A stretch of 64,000 bases of DNA from Lama glama (taxonomy: Eukaryota), in NCBI GenBank assembly GCA_028534125.1, contig CM052817.1:59894001-59958000 (forward strand), given 5' to 3'. Made by a program: the position numbers and the translations under genes. A model generated the notes under the pieces. It had not been told where the DNA came from and did no database searches. It worked only from the letters and a program-made list of their open reading frames with translations. Below are positions 38,089 to 53,717 of the stretch, in pieces (position 1 is the stretch's first letter; each line of letters starts with the position of its first letter).

Positions 38089-41000
38089 TAAAGAGCCCTG
38101 AAATGTGGACGTCATGTTTGTGTCTTTGCTGCATTGCTTTTCTCGCAGTGTTGTTTGGTAGATACTAATCCTGTATTCTACTTCTGAAAGGACAGCATGC
38201 AGAAAGTTATTGTTTTAATTGAAATATAATATGGAAATGGTCCTAAATACAATAAATCTTTCCAGCATTTTATGACTTCAATTGTAAATGAAGCCTACCT
38301 TAAAAATAAGAGTTTCCATCGGAATTTTTACTTTTGTCTTCTTTGAGATAACTGCCACCTTGAGTGTTGTTACAACTGGAGATGATATTTCAGGTGTATT
38401 CATGACAAATGTACTGCTAGAAGGAAACTTTTAGACACTAACTACAAATCAAAGATTTTGTTCTGGGATCCTAGCAGACTGATCTAGGCTATAAATTTTT
38501 TATGTGCTACAATGTGCCAAATATTAAACCACTTTTTTTTTTCATTCTCCATATATTTGAGTGAATTAAAAATTTTCATTGGTACTAAGTCATACAAATA
38601 CAAATTATTTTTATTATACTGGAATTATCATTTGTATGAGTGAAAGTTTTGAGTGAAAGATCTTACACTAGTAAAATACTATTTTTGATGCTATTAGTGT
38701 AATGAAATATTTAGCCTTTTGATTGGCAAAGCAACCATTGTTCATGGAAGTATTAGTTGTTAATCTGTTTTATATTTTATTGTGGTAATGTATTTAGACT
38801 AAAGATACTAATACAAAATTAATTTAGTCAAAATCGTTTATTAATAAAAAGAGGATTTGACAGAAGAAAAGATGGGCAAGATGTTAAATGTAGTAAAGTT
38901 TGACAGGAAACCTTTATAAAGATAAGTATTAAAGGGGTAAGGAAAATAAATGCTTTAGTCTAATGTATCTGCATGATATACAGATAACCTTTATTTGAAT
39001 ATGTTTTTGATCAGTAGCATTGGTTATTGTTGAAGCTTATTTATGCTTAACTCTGTTAGTAAGAGAATGGATAAAATGATTAGTGGTATAGTGGATTTTC
39101 CTTCTTCTTAATTTGATGAAATGAAAAATATTATTTTAATGAAATGACCAGAAGCGTCTTAAGTAAAAGCTGTTTTGGCAGTAAAATAGGTAGTTTATAA
39201 TCATATGATGGAATTTTAATTTTAACATCAATTGAAAAATCAGATTAATATAAACATCCAGTTATTTAAATCAGAATTATCTGGGAATTTGTGATGTTAA
39301 ATCATGGCTATGTTGATAAATTTTTTTATAGAAACATTTAAAGGCTATTTATATTTTATTAGAATTTATAAAGCAGTCTGCAAAATAAAAAGTGGAAATT
39401 GAGGAAAATACCCAACAATGTAAAATTATGAGAATATGTTATTATTTTAAATATCATAGATATTTCTTTCGTAGTTCTTAGTGAATGGAATAAGAACAGG
39501 GGAAAGAAAATTAGGATTGATTTATTTTTGTGACTGTCTTCTGATTAACTACATTTTAATAATTGTAAAATAACTTGGAAGACATTCTAAAAAATCCATG
39601 CCTTTTTAAAAAATTCTCTTTGAAAAGTGTAGAAATAAAGAAATGAAGAAGTTACCATGGGTAACTGTAGGAAGGGAGTTACAGAAGGGAATATCAAATA
39701 CTGAATAAATATGTCCCCCATACCTTTTTTTAGAGACTACAGTTTGAAAAATAAAGACAAATTTTAAAATAACATAGTTAATCTGTTTACATATTGCTTT
39801 GTGTAACCATTCTGCTGCCAGCTAAATTCTGGAAACACAAATATCTCTCAGAAGAACTATTGTGACTTGAAAGAATTTGTGACATGAAAGCAAATTGAGA
39901 AAGGAAATAAGTTTTAAGTTTCCAGGGTAGAGACCACTAGATATTTGTCAAGAAAGAATAAAAAGCTTGACAGTTTACCTGATGGGTTTTGATACTAACA
40001 GGATGTTCTGGACTACTTACTGGTCTGCTCTGGGTAATGAACCTGAACCTGAAATAAGTTTTAGGAAGCTCTGGAGCTAATTTGTTTCCCCATTCAATAT
40101 TAAGAAAGATCTTTGTTACTTTTAGAATTAAAAATTATTCTCTTTAGAGCTCTTAGTATAATTGATTGGTTTGAAAAAATAAGGGGAAATATTCAACTGA
40201 AAGAGAGCAAGAAAGTATTCAGGAGTATCCTCTTAAATGTTGTAAGGAAGTAATTTAGGAGAAAAACCTCAATTGTACTATCAAAGATAGCTAATTTTTC
40301 TATCATCACATCTTTGTTGCAGTACCATTAAAATCTATAATACAAAGAGTCTTAAATCAGCTTATTTGTTTTTTATGTTCTAATGAAGAACACAAGATTT
40401 AGTGATATTACTGATTGTTTATACATTAGCACTCCTGATGAACTAAAAATTCAAGGTTTTGGGTTCTCTCTCCCTCTCTCTCTTTTTTTTTTTGTTTGTT
40501 TGTTTATTTGATTTTCAAATTCTGATCCTTGAACGAATAGCATTATCAAAGCATATCGTTGATTTGGTAATACAAACAAATTATGATAGAGCTCTTTCAA
40601 TGAATAAATGGAATTTAATAATCTGAAATCCTCAAATTTATTTTATTGTTACAACTTCCTCCAACCTGCCACATTTAAAAGATGATTTTTTTGAAATTTG
40701 AATTTTTGTTTACCTTATCTTTCTACTATCAACACTTAATAAGAGAGAGCGATTTAAATATAAACAGCCTATTTATCCATAAACGGTAATAAAGAGTATT
40801 GGTAGTATGAAAATCCTTTGTAGCTTTGGTTGCAGTAAGTTTTTGCGTAGTAATTAATAATTATTTGTGAGTTTCTAGAAGAAGATAGCTTGGTTGTAAC
40901 ACAGAATTAATATTCTATTCGGTGAAGATGAATGACCATTTGAACATCACTATCATTATCCTGTAACATTAATTTCAGATAAATGAACAGTAGAAGAAAA

Positions 41001-44000
41001 TCATTCCTGTTTTCACAAAAGTAAACCTCTTATTTTCAGATAATTTTCTCTTTCTTTTGAATATATTTTTGATAAGCCATTGTGTACTTCTTTGCCTGTT
41101 GAGTTGTGGGATATTAACTAAGGGTAAAACAATTTCTCATACCTTAACTCAGGGTTTTTTTCCTAGCTTTTTGGTTTTATTTTGGTCACCTTTTTCCTTA
41201 AGAAGATATACGTAAGAAAAAAACATTGAAAACCTATAGAATTTATAGGGGTACAAAATTATTTAAACCTAGCTGTATATTTTTACTATGCAGATAAAGT
41301 TACTGAGACAACAGTCGTTAAGCAATTCTCCTCCACGATGCAAGTGTACAGCAGAGAAATAACTAAACCAAGGGCTCCAGACCACTGGTTCAAGATAAAA
41401 AATTCAAATGTCCTTGCTATATCTGTTAACCGTATATAAAGATAAATATGAGAGAAAATACATAATGCGTTCTAGGACTAACAAATACTTTGGGGAATGA
41501 AAAATTGTAACAGATTTATATGTTTTGATATGTGCTATTTATGTCAGTGGGTTTTAGATGGCATGGAATTGTAGAAAATACCTATCTAGCTGATCAACAC
41601 CAGTTGCATTGTATAACCACTCTGTTCATTCATCCTTGATTTCCTCATCTATAAATAATGAAGAAATCAGAACATAAACAATGTATTTTTGAGTCAGTTT
41701 CATCTCTATAGATGAGATGTTCCACAAGTCTTTAGAACAAATTTCCAAATTTAGAATCTTAAAGGATTGTAGAAATTTTAATTATTCAGCTTCTCTTTAG
41801 AGAAGTCTTTACATTGCTGAAATTGCCTCCGAGTTTTTCCTGTGACTGACTTCCAATTGATTAAAAAGATATATGGTAGCTATCCTTTGTTCTGCTACTT
41901 CATCCAACTGTTCACTGCAACCCAAAGAACTCATTACTATCACCAGAATCCAGAAAGGGCTTTTTGCAGGTTTGACTGATCTGGACCAAAGCAGCTCTTG
42001 CTAGATTTCGGTCTTTGCTTCTCTTTTATAGATTGTTTCCTCTGTGGGATCTATGTACTGGATATTATATAGATACACAAATGGCTGGTGTGAAAGACAC
42101 TTCTGTCTCTACTGAAAATAATAACAGTTGTTTATATTGTTAGCTGTTGGCTGAGACCGACACCACTGTGGGCCATGAAAGGTGGGGATTTTTAAGAAAA
42201 CAAGGTCAAGGAATGTAAGGAAAGTGCATTTATAAAAATGTTCACTTTGGAAGATGATTGCCAATATATGAATGCATGTATTATTCTTGTATATGTCAGG
42301 TATATCAGGAAGGATGTAAAGCACCATGCATTTGATATTGAAAGGCAAGATTCAGTTAAAACGTTTTGAAGTTAAGTGCTTTTACACCTAACAATGAAAT
42401 ACATAGTGAAAAGAGTGTAAGGGTAGAATTATACTATGGAGTTTCAGGTGATTATACTTGAAAGAAAAAGGAGTAATTATCATAATTATTATCTTTTCTA
42501 CTGTATTACAAACCATTATAAATAATATAGTTATAAAAGCTGTTTTAAATACAAAAAGCAGTCATGGTTAAGACTGCTCATCTTCCAAGTTGCAGCCTGG
42601 TCCACCTTCAGCTTACTCCTTTGCAGACCATGATATCACTATTGATGGCTCCCAAAGAGTCTTGTGAAAATAGACATCTCACTTTAATACCGTGATGATT
42701 TCAGTTGGTTTTGCTGCTATAGCTTCCAAAATAAAATTATAGTGAAACATTATAGTTTATGAAATCAGTCTCATTTCTTTATAGTTATATATAAATATAC
42801 ACATATCCATATCATGTGTGTAAAAGGGATAACAGGAGCGTGACAGAGCCAAATCAGTGTCAGGAAATCTAGCTAGGAAAAAGCACTTCTCCAAAACACA
42901 TCACCATTCATTGTGAATATTTCTAGTGCCATAGGCTAAATCTGAGAAGTCTGGTTCAAAGAGGATGTAAATGTAAAAGAATGATTTATATGGCTGCAGT
43001 ATTTGATGCTCTATACCAGGACTTAGTCTCATAATTTATATTCCTCTTTGCTTTCATAGGACATTTTTACTGTGATAAAAAATTTGCTAATATCAAAATG
43101 CTTAGATTGGATTCTGCAACTTTCCTAGCCTAGGACTGCAATGTGTATACCTCATCAGTCTATGTTTCTGGGACCAATTTTGGTAACTCCAGTTTCAGAG
43201 GTTATTTTCTGAAGTGCCTGACAACCAAACTTAAGAATTAGTGATTCTGAGAGACAAGAAACAAAACATGAACATCATGTAGTTATAATTCTGCTCATTC
43301 TTTCATTTGTTCATTTTTCCCCCCATTTTTTTCATTCCTTCTTCTCTTTCCACATCAAGGCCAGTGTTGGACTTTGTCTCTAGGCCCAATGTTCTGTGTG
43401 TAACACATGCCTAACTATATGTGTGAAGGGGTGGAAGGATAGTGATGGCAGCTCCTGGCCATCTCCAGACACTCTCACAGCAGGAGGGAAACTGGATGTC
43501 CATTTAGGGGCTGTCTAAACTGCCTGCTTCCCTCCACAAGTCTGGAATGTTTAGGTTAGTCAGTTCCCTGGCAATCCCATACCAAGTTCTGGATCACTTT
43601 TCTTTCTTACTACCACTTTCTAAGGCCTGGCCTTAAGGTCTGGAATCTGAATCTGCCTATTGTGTGATCTTAAGTACTTATCATCAATGTAGTATTAAAA
43701 TATAAAGAATTTTATATCTGTAAGGGACAACACAAGCTCTGAAATATCTCAGACTACCCCCTTTCCATTAGAGAATTGCCCCTCAAGAAGAATTAGAATA
43801 GTATATATTTAGAATCAAATTTTGAGAGTACTCAGTCAAATCAGTCTGTCCAAATGCTGATTAAAAGCCTATTACTGTTCCAAGATTGGATCAGCTACCA
43901 TAGGAGATAACAAAAGACAGGACAGAATGTCTGATTGCAGGAAGCTTAAAAATATACCTAACGTGAGATGTAGATTTTTAGAGCATGAAAAGACATTATG

Positions 44001-45454
44001 CCATTGCTTTCTGTCTTTAATTTGGGTTTTTAATTGTGTTAATAGTAAAAGATACACTATATTCTAGATTTTTAACACTTTTCAGAAAAGAGAGGGAAAT
44101 TATTTTTTAAAGAAATAGACTATTTTTAACATAATATTAATGAAGATGTAAATTGCACAGCTTAATATTTATTTTCTGTGATTCATTGTTCTACTCTTGT
44201 ATTGGCAAGTCTTTCCATTATCTCATTTAATACCATGCTTTTAAAGTAACAGGTCTCTATTACTATGAATAGATTGATTGAAATTCAGGTGTTTTTAGAC
44301 CTCTTTATCGTAATTTTATAGCCTTTCTGCTTTGGGGCCTTTTACCTCACTTATCTACAAGTGTGTACTATTATGTAAGTTACCTCCTAAAATACATATT
44401 TTAACAATATGTGCTGCTCTGAATCTTGTTTTATTTAGAAGAATCTTTAGCAGCTTTCTATGAAAGCTGTGTTTTAATGGAAGTAAAGATGTATTCTTTT
44501 GTTACTGCTTAAGCGTTCTTTCTTTCTACTGAATATTTTCCTCATAAGAATAGCACACCACTTTCTTCTGTTCTCTTTATACCTCTGTGGATAGACTGCA
44601 TGATTATGGCAGCATAATTCAATTTTTAATCGACCTTTTATGATACTGACTTGGTAAAAGAGTCACCTATATGTCGTAAAGTGACTCTGAATATATGGTT
44701 TATTAGATTAAAAACCACACTTACCTACATTCTGCAGTTGTAATGAGAGTCCATTGTACAGTTATAAAAATAGTTTAATTTCATGTTGACAAACCGAAGA
44801 TGACTTAACTATATTTAGACTTTAAAATTTATTATCAATATCATTAATATCCAGCTTTCACATGATGCAGTCTTCTTGCTAATTCGACAACAAAAAAATA
44901 ACCCGACTTTTAATTTTAACATTTAGCAACTTATTTTTGCATGTCCTTGGCTAGTGTTATGTTTATGGGAATCCCATTATGCATAGTTATTTAGTACTTA
45001 TACAACATTTTGTTGTCTTATTTTGTAATTTGAAAAAAAAAGAATTATCATTGAAACACTTGCTTTTAAAAGGAAGACACGCAAATCCAGTCTGCAATAG
45101 GAAATTGCATATTCTGAGGAAAAAATGAATCAGCAAGTACTTTTGGGTTGGCTCTAAGTGTTCAGCCTTAAGTCACTTACTCTGCACAGTGCTGTGCTCT
45201 CCATTGACTGCTCTGTAACCCTAATGTGGTTAACTTGACCTTTATTACCATGTGTTAGATCCTGACCTATAGGCCCGCTTCTTCCTTTTGCCCTCCCTTT
45301 AAAGTGCTTTTTTAAAAACTCCTCATTCATCCCCATTTTAATCCTTGACTCTTCATACTGTACTGTATTCATGCATGATATCTACATTTGGTTCAGTATG
45401 TGTTTTAAATTTGATGTCATTTATACTGCTTGGAAAAAAAAAGGCAATTAGATG

Positions 45455-45630
45455 TATGGGCCATGGAATTAGATAAATCTGCCTTTATATGAATGCTGCT
45501 TCATTGCTTATTTTCTATGGGTCATTGAATACACCTGTTGTCTCTGAGCCTCAGATTATTCATATATAAAATGGGGATAAAAGCATATTCCATAGGACTA
45601 CTATGATTATTTGATTATTGTATGATAATT
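45455..45630 (+). mobile_element. MIR SINE
   Basis: tctctgagcctcagattattcatatataaaatggggataa core. Confidence 0.65.
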
Positions 45631-47698
45631 ATATAGGGTAACAGTTATGGTTTGTGGATTCCTGTGCTAATCTAAATGCATTTTAGTAACAGTGAAGGAC
45701 ATGATGACTTAGCACCATTGCATGTGTCCATCAGTAAATTTCTGTCCCTCTCTGACCTTACCTTCCCAGACGTCCTTTACCACATTTATTGGTAATTCCC
45801 ATGGATACCATTGATAATCTAAGCTTAATAACTGCCTAATAGGTGTCATTTTCTCCTCAAGTCAGTAGTTCCTTATCAAGATCCTGAATGCTAGGGTTGT
45901 AAAATGTTATATAAATTAAATGCTTCTGCTTTTTTTTTCTGTCTTTTGGCCTAGTTCTGCTAGTCAGCACAGGAAGATGAGAATTATATTTGTAGTGTAA
46001 TTTATTTGGCAGATAGTAGTGATGTTGCAACATGTGTACTTAGGGTTGGGAGGATTTAAAATACCTTGTTACCATTTCTGGGAAGTAGAGAATGCCTTTG
46101 GGGACCAAATTAGAGCTTTCTGATGATTTATGTAGGCTTAATACAATCAGTGGAGTAAATAAGGCACTGAGTCATAACTAAATAGAATTCAGTTGTAGAG
46201 AGACACAATGTAGAAGAGCAATATATGTGAGGGTCGAATACAGAAAGGAATTCAAGGAAAGCTTTATACTTTGAGAGATGCATCATCTCTGGTATTTTGA
46301 GTTTATTTCTGACATGATTTTTTAAAAGGTTGTCTTTCTGTGCTCTGCACTTTTTTATTATGACTATACATGGGCAAATATTAACTCTAAAAACTTTATC
46401 GCTGGTTTCTTTGAATTTCTAGTATTTTCTTCGGTGACATATAATACGATGTTATTTTCTCAGGAATTCATACCTCATATTTGCTTTTTGGTCCTTGACA
46501 GATTAATAAAATATGATAGTAAGAATAGCTAAGCTCACTTCTTAAGCTATGTTTTCAAACAAAAAGACTTAAAAATATAGAAAAGACATAAAATACCTAT
46601 TAAATATGAGAAATATATTCCAAGGTAAAAAAAAAATGTTTTCTCAGAATTTTTTTGGGAGGAAACTGTTCTACAAATCGAAGTCAGGTATAATCCTTGT
46701 ATAGAATGCTTTAGAATAAAATGACTTTGAATAATCAGTAATAATTTTTGTACTTTACTTTTGAATTTACATTTATATAAAATCAAACAGAATATGTTGC
46801 AGTTGTCCTGTGTGCTTACTCATATTATTAAAACTGAGAAAGCTGTAGATAACTCTGATGATAGAAAGTTATTAGGGGTTTAAAAAAAGATGGCACATTC
46901 TCATTGGTCAAAGAGAAAGAAACTGATACATCAGCCTCATTCTGCCTGCTCCCAAATCCTATTCTTATTCTGTTTATTTGTCTATAATCTTTATTGTTTG
47001 AAATTATTGAGTTCTTTCTTTATTGTTTTGAATTTCTGAGTATTTTTGCTCAGTTTAAGGGCATTTTACTCATCATATCTGTGTGTGTGTATATGTATAT
47101 GTGCATATGCCATGTGTATATGATATATATACCAAATATGACGTATCTATATATGTTTCTATCTATGTCTCATGATAAGTTCAGCAAGCACTTCTTTCTT
47201 TTGGTCATTCTTCCAATATTAATGCATGGTTTTCAACGGTAGTTTTAAACCTCTATTTACTATGTCTGTTACAGTGGAACAAGGCAGGTTTGTTGTCAGA
47301 CCACATTGTTCATTATCCAAAATTTATGCAGGGCTTCACGAGCACACAGAATGAATCAACAGTTTACACTTCCTTTCCTTGGAAATTGCTTAAAGCTTAA
47401 ATATGGGAGGGATAGACCAACTGGAAGAAAACTGAATCACCAAGAACAATTCATTATTCTTTCAAAAATCAAAATTAAAATTGTTCGCTTATTTGTAAGA
47501 TACTTTAAATTCACTGACTATACACTTATTATAATTTTATACAGATGAATGAGATAAATTTAATTCCCGCACTCAGGGAATTTATAATGTAGTAGGAGAA
47601 ATATACAAAAAGAGCTAAAGAATCAAATAATATTTTTTAAAGGGAAAAATGACATAAAGGAAGGTGAATGATACTATGATAAAAATTAACTCGTGGAA

Positions 47699-47736
47699 TA
47701 TGTGTATGTGTATGTGTATGTGTGTGTGTGTGTGTG
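47699..47736 (+). repeat. (TATGTG)n/(TG)n microsatellite
   Basis: Direct read. Confidence 0.9.
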
Positions 47737-48155
47737 CAATTTAAAACCAGAAATTTATTTTTGATCGAATGATTATGGAAAATACAAAAGAAGGAGCATT
47801 TAAGTCAAGATTTGAAGTTGCGAAAATAGCCAGCCATGCAAAGACGGTGGAAATAGCCTTCCAGGCTACTGCATGTGAGAAGACCATTTGGAGGCACTGC
47901 TTGTTGATCTGTGTGTTTGAGGGATTAGATTATCTTTGAATACTTAGGTTTTTATTCAGTTGCTGTGCAAATGTTATTCCATAATTAAAGTCAATATTTG
48001 CTGGGTAGCAATGCTATTCTTGGGCTTGTTACCCAAATCTTCTTCAGTTTTTCCCTTTGGAAATAGAATGTGTTCTGAAGGAAATTCTGATGGTCTTGCA
48101 GGTCTCACTGAATCTGGGGTGTGAGAATGTCATTCTTGAACCCCTTTTGGATTTG

Positions 48156-48282
48156 TTTGTTTGTTTTGAGGGAGGTAATTAGGTTTATTTTTTATTTATT
48201 TAATGAAAGTACTGGGGATTGAACCCAGGACCTCATGCATACTAAGTGTGTGCTCTACCACTGAGCTATGTCCTCCCCCAAG
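48156..48282 (-). mobile_element. tRNA-Ala-derived SINE (camelid Vic-1 type)
   Basis: Reverse complement ggggaggacatagctcagtggtagagcacacacttagtatgcatgaggtcctgggttcaatccccagtac...aaataaataaaaataaacctaattacctccc; TSD ttttggatttg (48145-48155 / 48283-48293). Confidence 0.9.
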
Positions 48283-48544
48283 TTTTGGATTTGAAATTCA
48301 TCTCTCTGTAACTCTTGATATTGAATATTGGGCTTTTCATGTAAGTGTTCTTCTTCCCAGGAAAAAGAAATGAAATGAAACATACACAAAAATTTTACTC
48401 AGTTTTCTTGGTCACAATGCACAGTAATGCACAGAAATATATTAATATTTAAAACTAGGAACGAAACATCATTTTTTATGGTCTTTATATTTGTTGTACA
48501 TTCTTGACGAAAGAACCTTATTTGGAAAGCCCAAGAATGAGAAG

Positions 48545-48720
48545 TAGCATTTATTTATTCATATCTTACTATATTCCATGAGCTGTTAAAAGTGCTTCAT
48601 TTTTTTTTTAACCTAATCTGTATACTACTTTATCAGCTATGAGGTATTTACTATTTTACTAGCTTTATATAGTTGAGGAGACAGAGGTACAGCTAGGTTA
48701 GTTAACTTGTCACATCTGAA
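48545..48720 (-). mobile_element. MIR SINE
   Basis: tatgaggtatttactattttactagctttatatagttgaggagacagagg...aggttagttaacttgtc. Confidence 0.6.
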
Positions 48721-51459
48721 TACTTCAAAATCATTCCTGGAACACTCTGTTTTCTGTTTGAGTTCAACGATCTTTATTTTCTGTCTTTCTGTGAGGTCAC
48801 CTTCGGCTGGATATTTACCTCAAATAAGTGTCACACTTTTCTGGAGACAGCCTACTGTTTATCAGTTGTCTTCAGAGTTCCACAAATTCCTCTCCTCTCT
48901 ATCCATTGGGCCCAAGACTGGTCACTTTCTCACTGCTACTACCTCTGAATTCTTGTACTGTCCCTCATTTTTCAGCTACATCCTGCCCATACCTGTGTAA
49001 TTCATGCATTTGAAAAATCCTCAAATTATCCTATTTTGACTTTGCCATTATTTCCTGTTGGGATTTTTAGGTGGTGTCATTATTAACTACTACACTTAAC
49101 TGCCTATGTGGAAAAGCTTATCTTAGCTGAATCTTGGTGAGTTGATGACCTGTCCAATCTAATCAGGAAGTGCTGCTGTCTTTTGGGATGTATTCTTCAG
49201 ACTAACGCATGCATTTTATATTACAAAACTTAGAACAAATGCTTCACACAGACCTTTAACTTCTATCTTCTACAAGATGAAATCTTCTTATCTGTTGGTA
49301 TTTTAACAGTGCAGCAAAAGCTGCCTTGATGTTAGAGATGCTGAGAGGCAGCATCTGTCCAGGAAGGTACAAGGTCTGACCAGAAACAGGAGTCATCTCC
49401 AAGTGGCCACACCACAGCATAGTTGAGTGGCTGCTATTGAAGAAAACATGATTCTTTTTACTTAAAATAATGTGACAGATGAAATGAACTTGTTGAAAAC
49501 TTATGTTCTAGTTACGTATTTTAAATACCTCCTTCTGAAAATCCTCTACTTTAAGGAAGTTGATGAATCACTTGTTCAAGAATTCTTGAATATTTTGCTC
49601 CATTTTGTATGGCAAAAGTTTTCTCATATCTCTCTTTTATTCTATTCTTTGTTAGGAGTGCTTTATTATACAAACTAGATTCCTTATTAAGTTGCTACAG
49701 GGAAGGAAAAAAACATTCTATCATTGAATAAATTGCACAGCCAACATTTTTTTGTTACATAGTAACTTATAAAGAGTAATAAGTAGAAACTAACAAGTTA
49801 CAAAAGAACTGTTTTGCATTTATCTCTTTTTATTTCCAAGACCCATAGTTTAATAGATCCTAATGAACAGCAAATGGCCAAACAGCAGGCTGCAGAGCAA
49901 GAGGAAACATAGGAAAGGCCCACAAAAGCGTGACCAACATTACAAGATCCTTTATTCCTTCCTTCATTCAATATTATTCAGCATCTCCATTATAAGAAAG
50001 TAGGGTAGAATTAGTGAAGAATATAGAGGTACCTTAGGAGCACTCTGCATATTGAGGGAGCTTTAAACCACTATGGAAGAATAAATATATATGCATAGAT
50101 AATGTAATTACTAGGCAGTAGTTTCGTGGGAAACAAAATACAGAGTTCAGTAGAAAATGAAATGATTTACAACCTAGGGATGGTGAGTTAAAGAAAAAGA
50201 TAAAGAAGAAATAAAGGGGAAAAATAGTAGCCATGCTTTCTGCCCTGAAAGTAGAAAAGATCTAATCAAAGAAGCAGCCATATTCAAAAATACATCTTTA
50301 TGACTGTGAAAAATGTGATCTGGGGGTGGAGCTGGACTGAGAACAGAAGTATCAGGCCACAAGGACAGGAAGGTGATTTTTCTGTCAAGGTCTTTATCCT
50401 GTTCCCAGCTTCAAGATCACATCTTTCCGAAACCAGTGGTAGGGCAGTGAACTCAGCATGGAGAAAATCATGATTCAGCAAGGAAAATTAAGCATGATTA
50501 AAGACATTAATAATGGCATCAGCCTTCATATAGCAAAGTTTTAGTTTTTTTTTTAATGCAGCAGAAGTACTGAAAATGGTTTGAGCTCAAAGATGCTGCT
50601 TCAAAGGTACAGTGCCTCCACTATATTTTAAGAACAAGTGATATTTTAAAAATAATTATTCCATATTTACAGCACAGTAATTGCTTTTCACATTAAAGAA
50701 AGAGATAAGCCCCCAAGTTTTATAATATAAAAGTGTTATGCATATGCATTAATTAATGCTCTCAAAGGATTTTTACTGCGTATTTGGCATTGTCTGCTAT
50801 ATAACTCAGTGTCATGGCAGTGTGCTGTTACATGAAAACATGGATTGTTTCCTAACTGAGTTGGACAGAAGTAGGTAAAGAGTAATGAGATCCTGTCTTG
50901 GAATTCTTTTATATGCATAGTCTGTGATTACTATCTTTTCTTTTACTTAAAGTGAGATAGTTAATGTTTTTAAATTAAAAGGATTTTTAATTGGTCAGAT
51001 TATCAAAGTAGCGAATAAAGCTTGTTTATTTGAATAAACAATGCTCTGTAATCTGAAAATTATTATCCATTGTTTGCTAGTTACTGATTCACTTCTTATT
51101 CCATCCAAATAGATATTATTAACAGCTTATAATTTGCAAAATACTGTAATAATTAGTGAAAGAGATAAGAAGATGCATCACTGTGGTTTCTAGCTTCAAG
51201 TATTTTATGTTTAGCATGATACAATGAACAATAAATTATAAAGTTCTCAGTAGCAGTAAAATGAGTTGTTTTGGGATTTCTAGGAGTACTGACCTTAATT
51301 CTGTACTTCTACCTCCTTCCTCACACACAGCTGGAAATACTTATTTGTTACCTGCATATTCAGTGTAAACCCAGTATTTAGTACTAAATAAACAGTATAT
51401 TTGAAGTATTTTGGCATCATCTCAGCTTTGTTACCAGCCTTGCTATGCTGCTAATCTAT

Positions 51460-51805
51460 GTTCATTCACTCAGTTAATTAAATATTTGTTGAGTGTCTGC
51501 TCTGAGCTAGGAATTAATCTAGGAACTTGTGGTATAGCAGTGAAAACAAATTTCCTGCTCTCTTGGGATGTATATTCTTGTTGAGGATGCTACAAATAAT
51601 ATATAAAATTTCAAGTTGAAGAGTTGGTATGAAAAATAAAAAATGCAGCAGCATCAGAGGGATGGAGATGATGACACTGGGGGTGTCATTTTAAATAGAA
51701 TAGTCAGGAAAAGAACTTTCTGAGACAATGGCTTTTGAGAAGAGACCAGAAAGATGAAAGGGAGCAGATGATGTGAACATCTGGGGACGGCAGGGTGTGC
51801 AAAAA
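51460..51805 (-). mobile_element. L2 3' end
   Basis: ttcattcactcag...aaatatttgttgagtgtctgctctgagctagg...ttttaaatagaatagtcaggaaa...ttttgagaagagacc. Confidence 0.75.
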
Positions 51806-52269
51806 TTTTGGTTAAGTGTGTTAGCAACTTGAATTCTCCTGTCTTCTCAGGACCACATTAATACCAGGTTTCCATTAATTGTGGATCTATTTTATTTTCA
51901 TGACCTGTAATTATCTGGTCAGTACCTGTAGTCACTTATATCTTCAGACCCTACCTTTCTTTTATAGATTTATTTTGTAAATTTAAGTCATTTATTTGAA
52001 CTTCAGCCCTAGGATAAATGTCCAGCCACTCATTTCCACACGCCACAGATGCAGCCTGTCTGACTTTCTCACTGTGTGTAGAAACCCTGTCATTGGAGTC
52101 AGGGTACTTGCTAGTTACTTAAGATAAATCTCTTTACTATGAACAGTTTCAGTGTATTATTTATATTACCTGTTGCCATAATTTGAGTAAATTCTTCTCA
52201 TCTACTGTATTAAACTGTTCAAAATAGATTTTTCTCCTCTTCCACAGTAGCAGTTTTAGCAGGATCCAT

Positions 52270-52648
52270 GCTCCCCCCACACCCCTCAATTAGCACATTT
52301 CCATGTTTCCTTTACAGTGATATTGAAGGCCAATAGAATGTGAGTAGAAGTATGGGCAAGTTACAAGTCATTTCCAACTTAAAGGCAAGCTACTTGCTCT
52401 AGACTAACACTTCTCCCCTTTCAGTGAGCTGGAATACTGCTGTGGCTGTGACCTAGCTTTGACTATGCATGCAAGGACAACAACTAGAGGGTTTCAGAGC
52501 AATGACATAGAAGGAACATGGCTCTCCTGAGAGGCAGAACTGCCCTGGGTGGACTGCTATATATGAGAGAAATCCTAAATCTTATTTAAAACCCACCCTT
52601 TTTGGGTCGTCACTGTTCTAGTAGATTAAACCTTAGCTTAACAATTGT
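52270..52648 (+). mobile_element. Old MaLR (MLT1I/J-like) LTR fragment
   Basis: ggccaatagaatgtgagtagaagt...agaaggaacatgg...atgagagaaatcctaaatcttatttaaa. Confidence 0.6.
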
Positions 52649-53331
52649 ATTTACCTCTCAAACATTTTACTGTAAGAAATAGGTATCCCTCCACTCCTGC
52701 TAGCTAGTGAGGATATCCAATTTTGACAACCCAGATAATCCACTTCTGTTTTTTCCCATCACAGTTGTGCTTATCTTCCCTTTTTGCTGCTGCTACATCT
52801 ACTACTGCTTCTCCTCATCCTCTTCCTCTTCCAACAGATGCATTGAGGAATAGTTTACAAACCATAAAATCCATCTACTTTAAAAGACAGTTCAATTATT
52901 AGTAGTAAATTTACAAAGTTGTGCAACCATCACCAGAATCCAGAATTTAGAACATTTTCATCACCAGTAAAATCCCTCATGCCCATTTACAATCAGTCAG
53001 TCCCCATTCCCGCATCACCTTTAGCCAGTTACAGATTTCTGTCTACAGATTTACCACTTCTGGGCATTTCATACACGTGGAATTACACAATATGTAGTCT
53101 TTTGCATCTGGCATCTTTCACTTAGAATGAACATTTGATGTTCATCCATGTTGTAGTGTATATCAAGAATATGTTTCTTCTAATGATGAATAGTATTCCA
53201 TTGTAGTAGTAGGTCACATTTGGTTTTTCCATTCAAAACTTGAGACTTTGTTTCTGTTTTTTGATTATTATGAAAAATGCTGCTGCAGATATTTATGTAA
53301 AAGTCATTGTGTAGACATACATATTTCATTT

Positions 53332-53717
53332 TGTATCCTAATCTGCTTAGGCTGCTGTAACAAAATACCATGGACTAGGTACCCTGAACAACAGAAAGTT
53401 GTTTTTTCACAGTTCTGGGCACCAGGATAAAGGTTCCAGTAGGTTTGGTGTCTGGTGAAAGTTCTCTTGGGTTGCTGCTTTCTTGCTGTGTGCTCACAAG
53501 ACCTTTTCTTTGTATGTTCATGGACAGAGAAAAAGAGCAAGATCTTTGTTTCCTCTTCTTATAAGGACACTAATCCTTTCAGATCAGGCCCTACCCTTAT
53601 GGCCTCTTTTAACTTTAATTACATACTTAGGGACCCTCTCTCAAAATGCAGCCGCACTGAGGGTTGAAGGCTTCAACACCCAGATTTTGGAGGGATATAT
53701 ACATTCAGTTCATAACA
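53332..53717 (-). mobile_element. MLT1A-like MaLR solo LTR nested in the L1
   Basis: tgtatcc...ggctgctgtaacaaaatacca...cacagttctgg...tcttcttataaggacactaatcc...acattcagttcataaca; TG...CA ends; L1 sequence resumes on both sides. Confidence 0.88.
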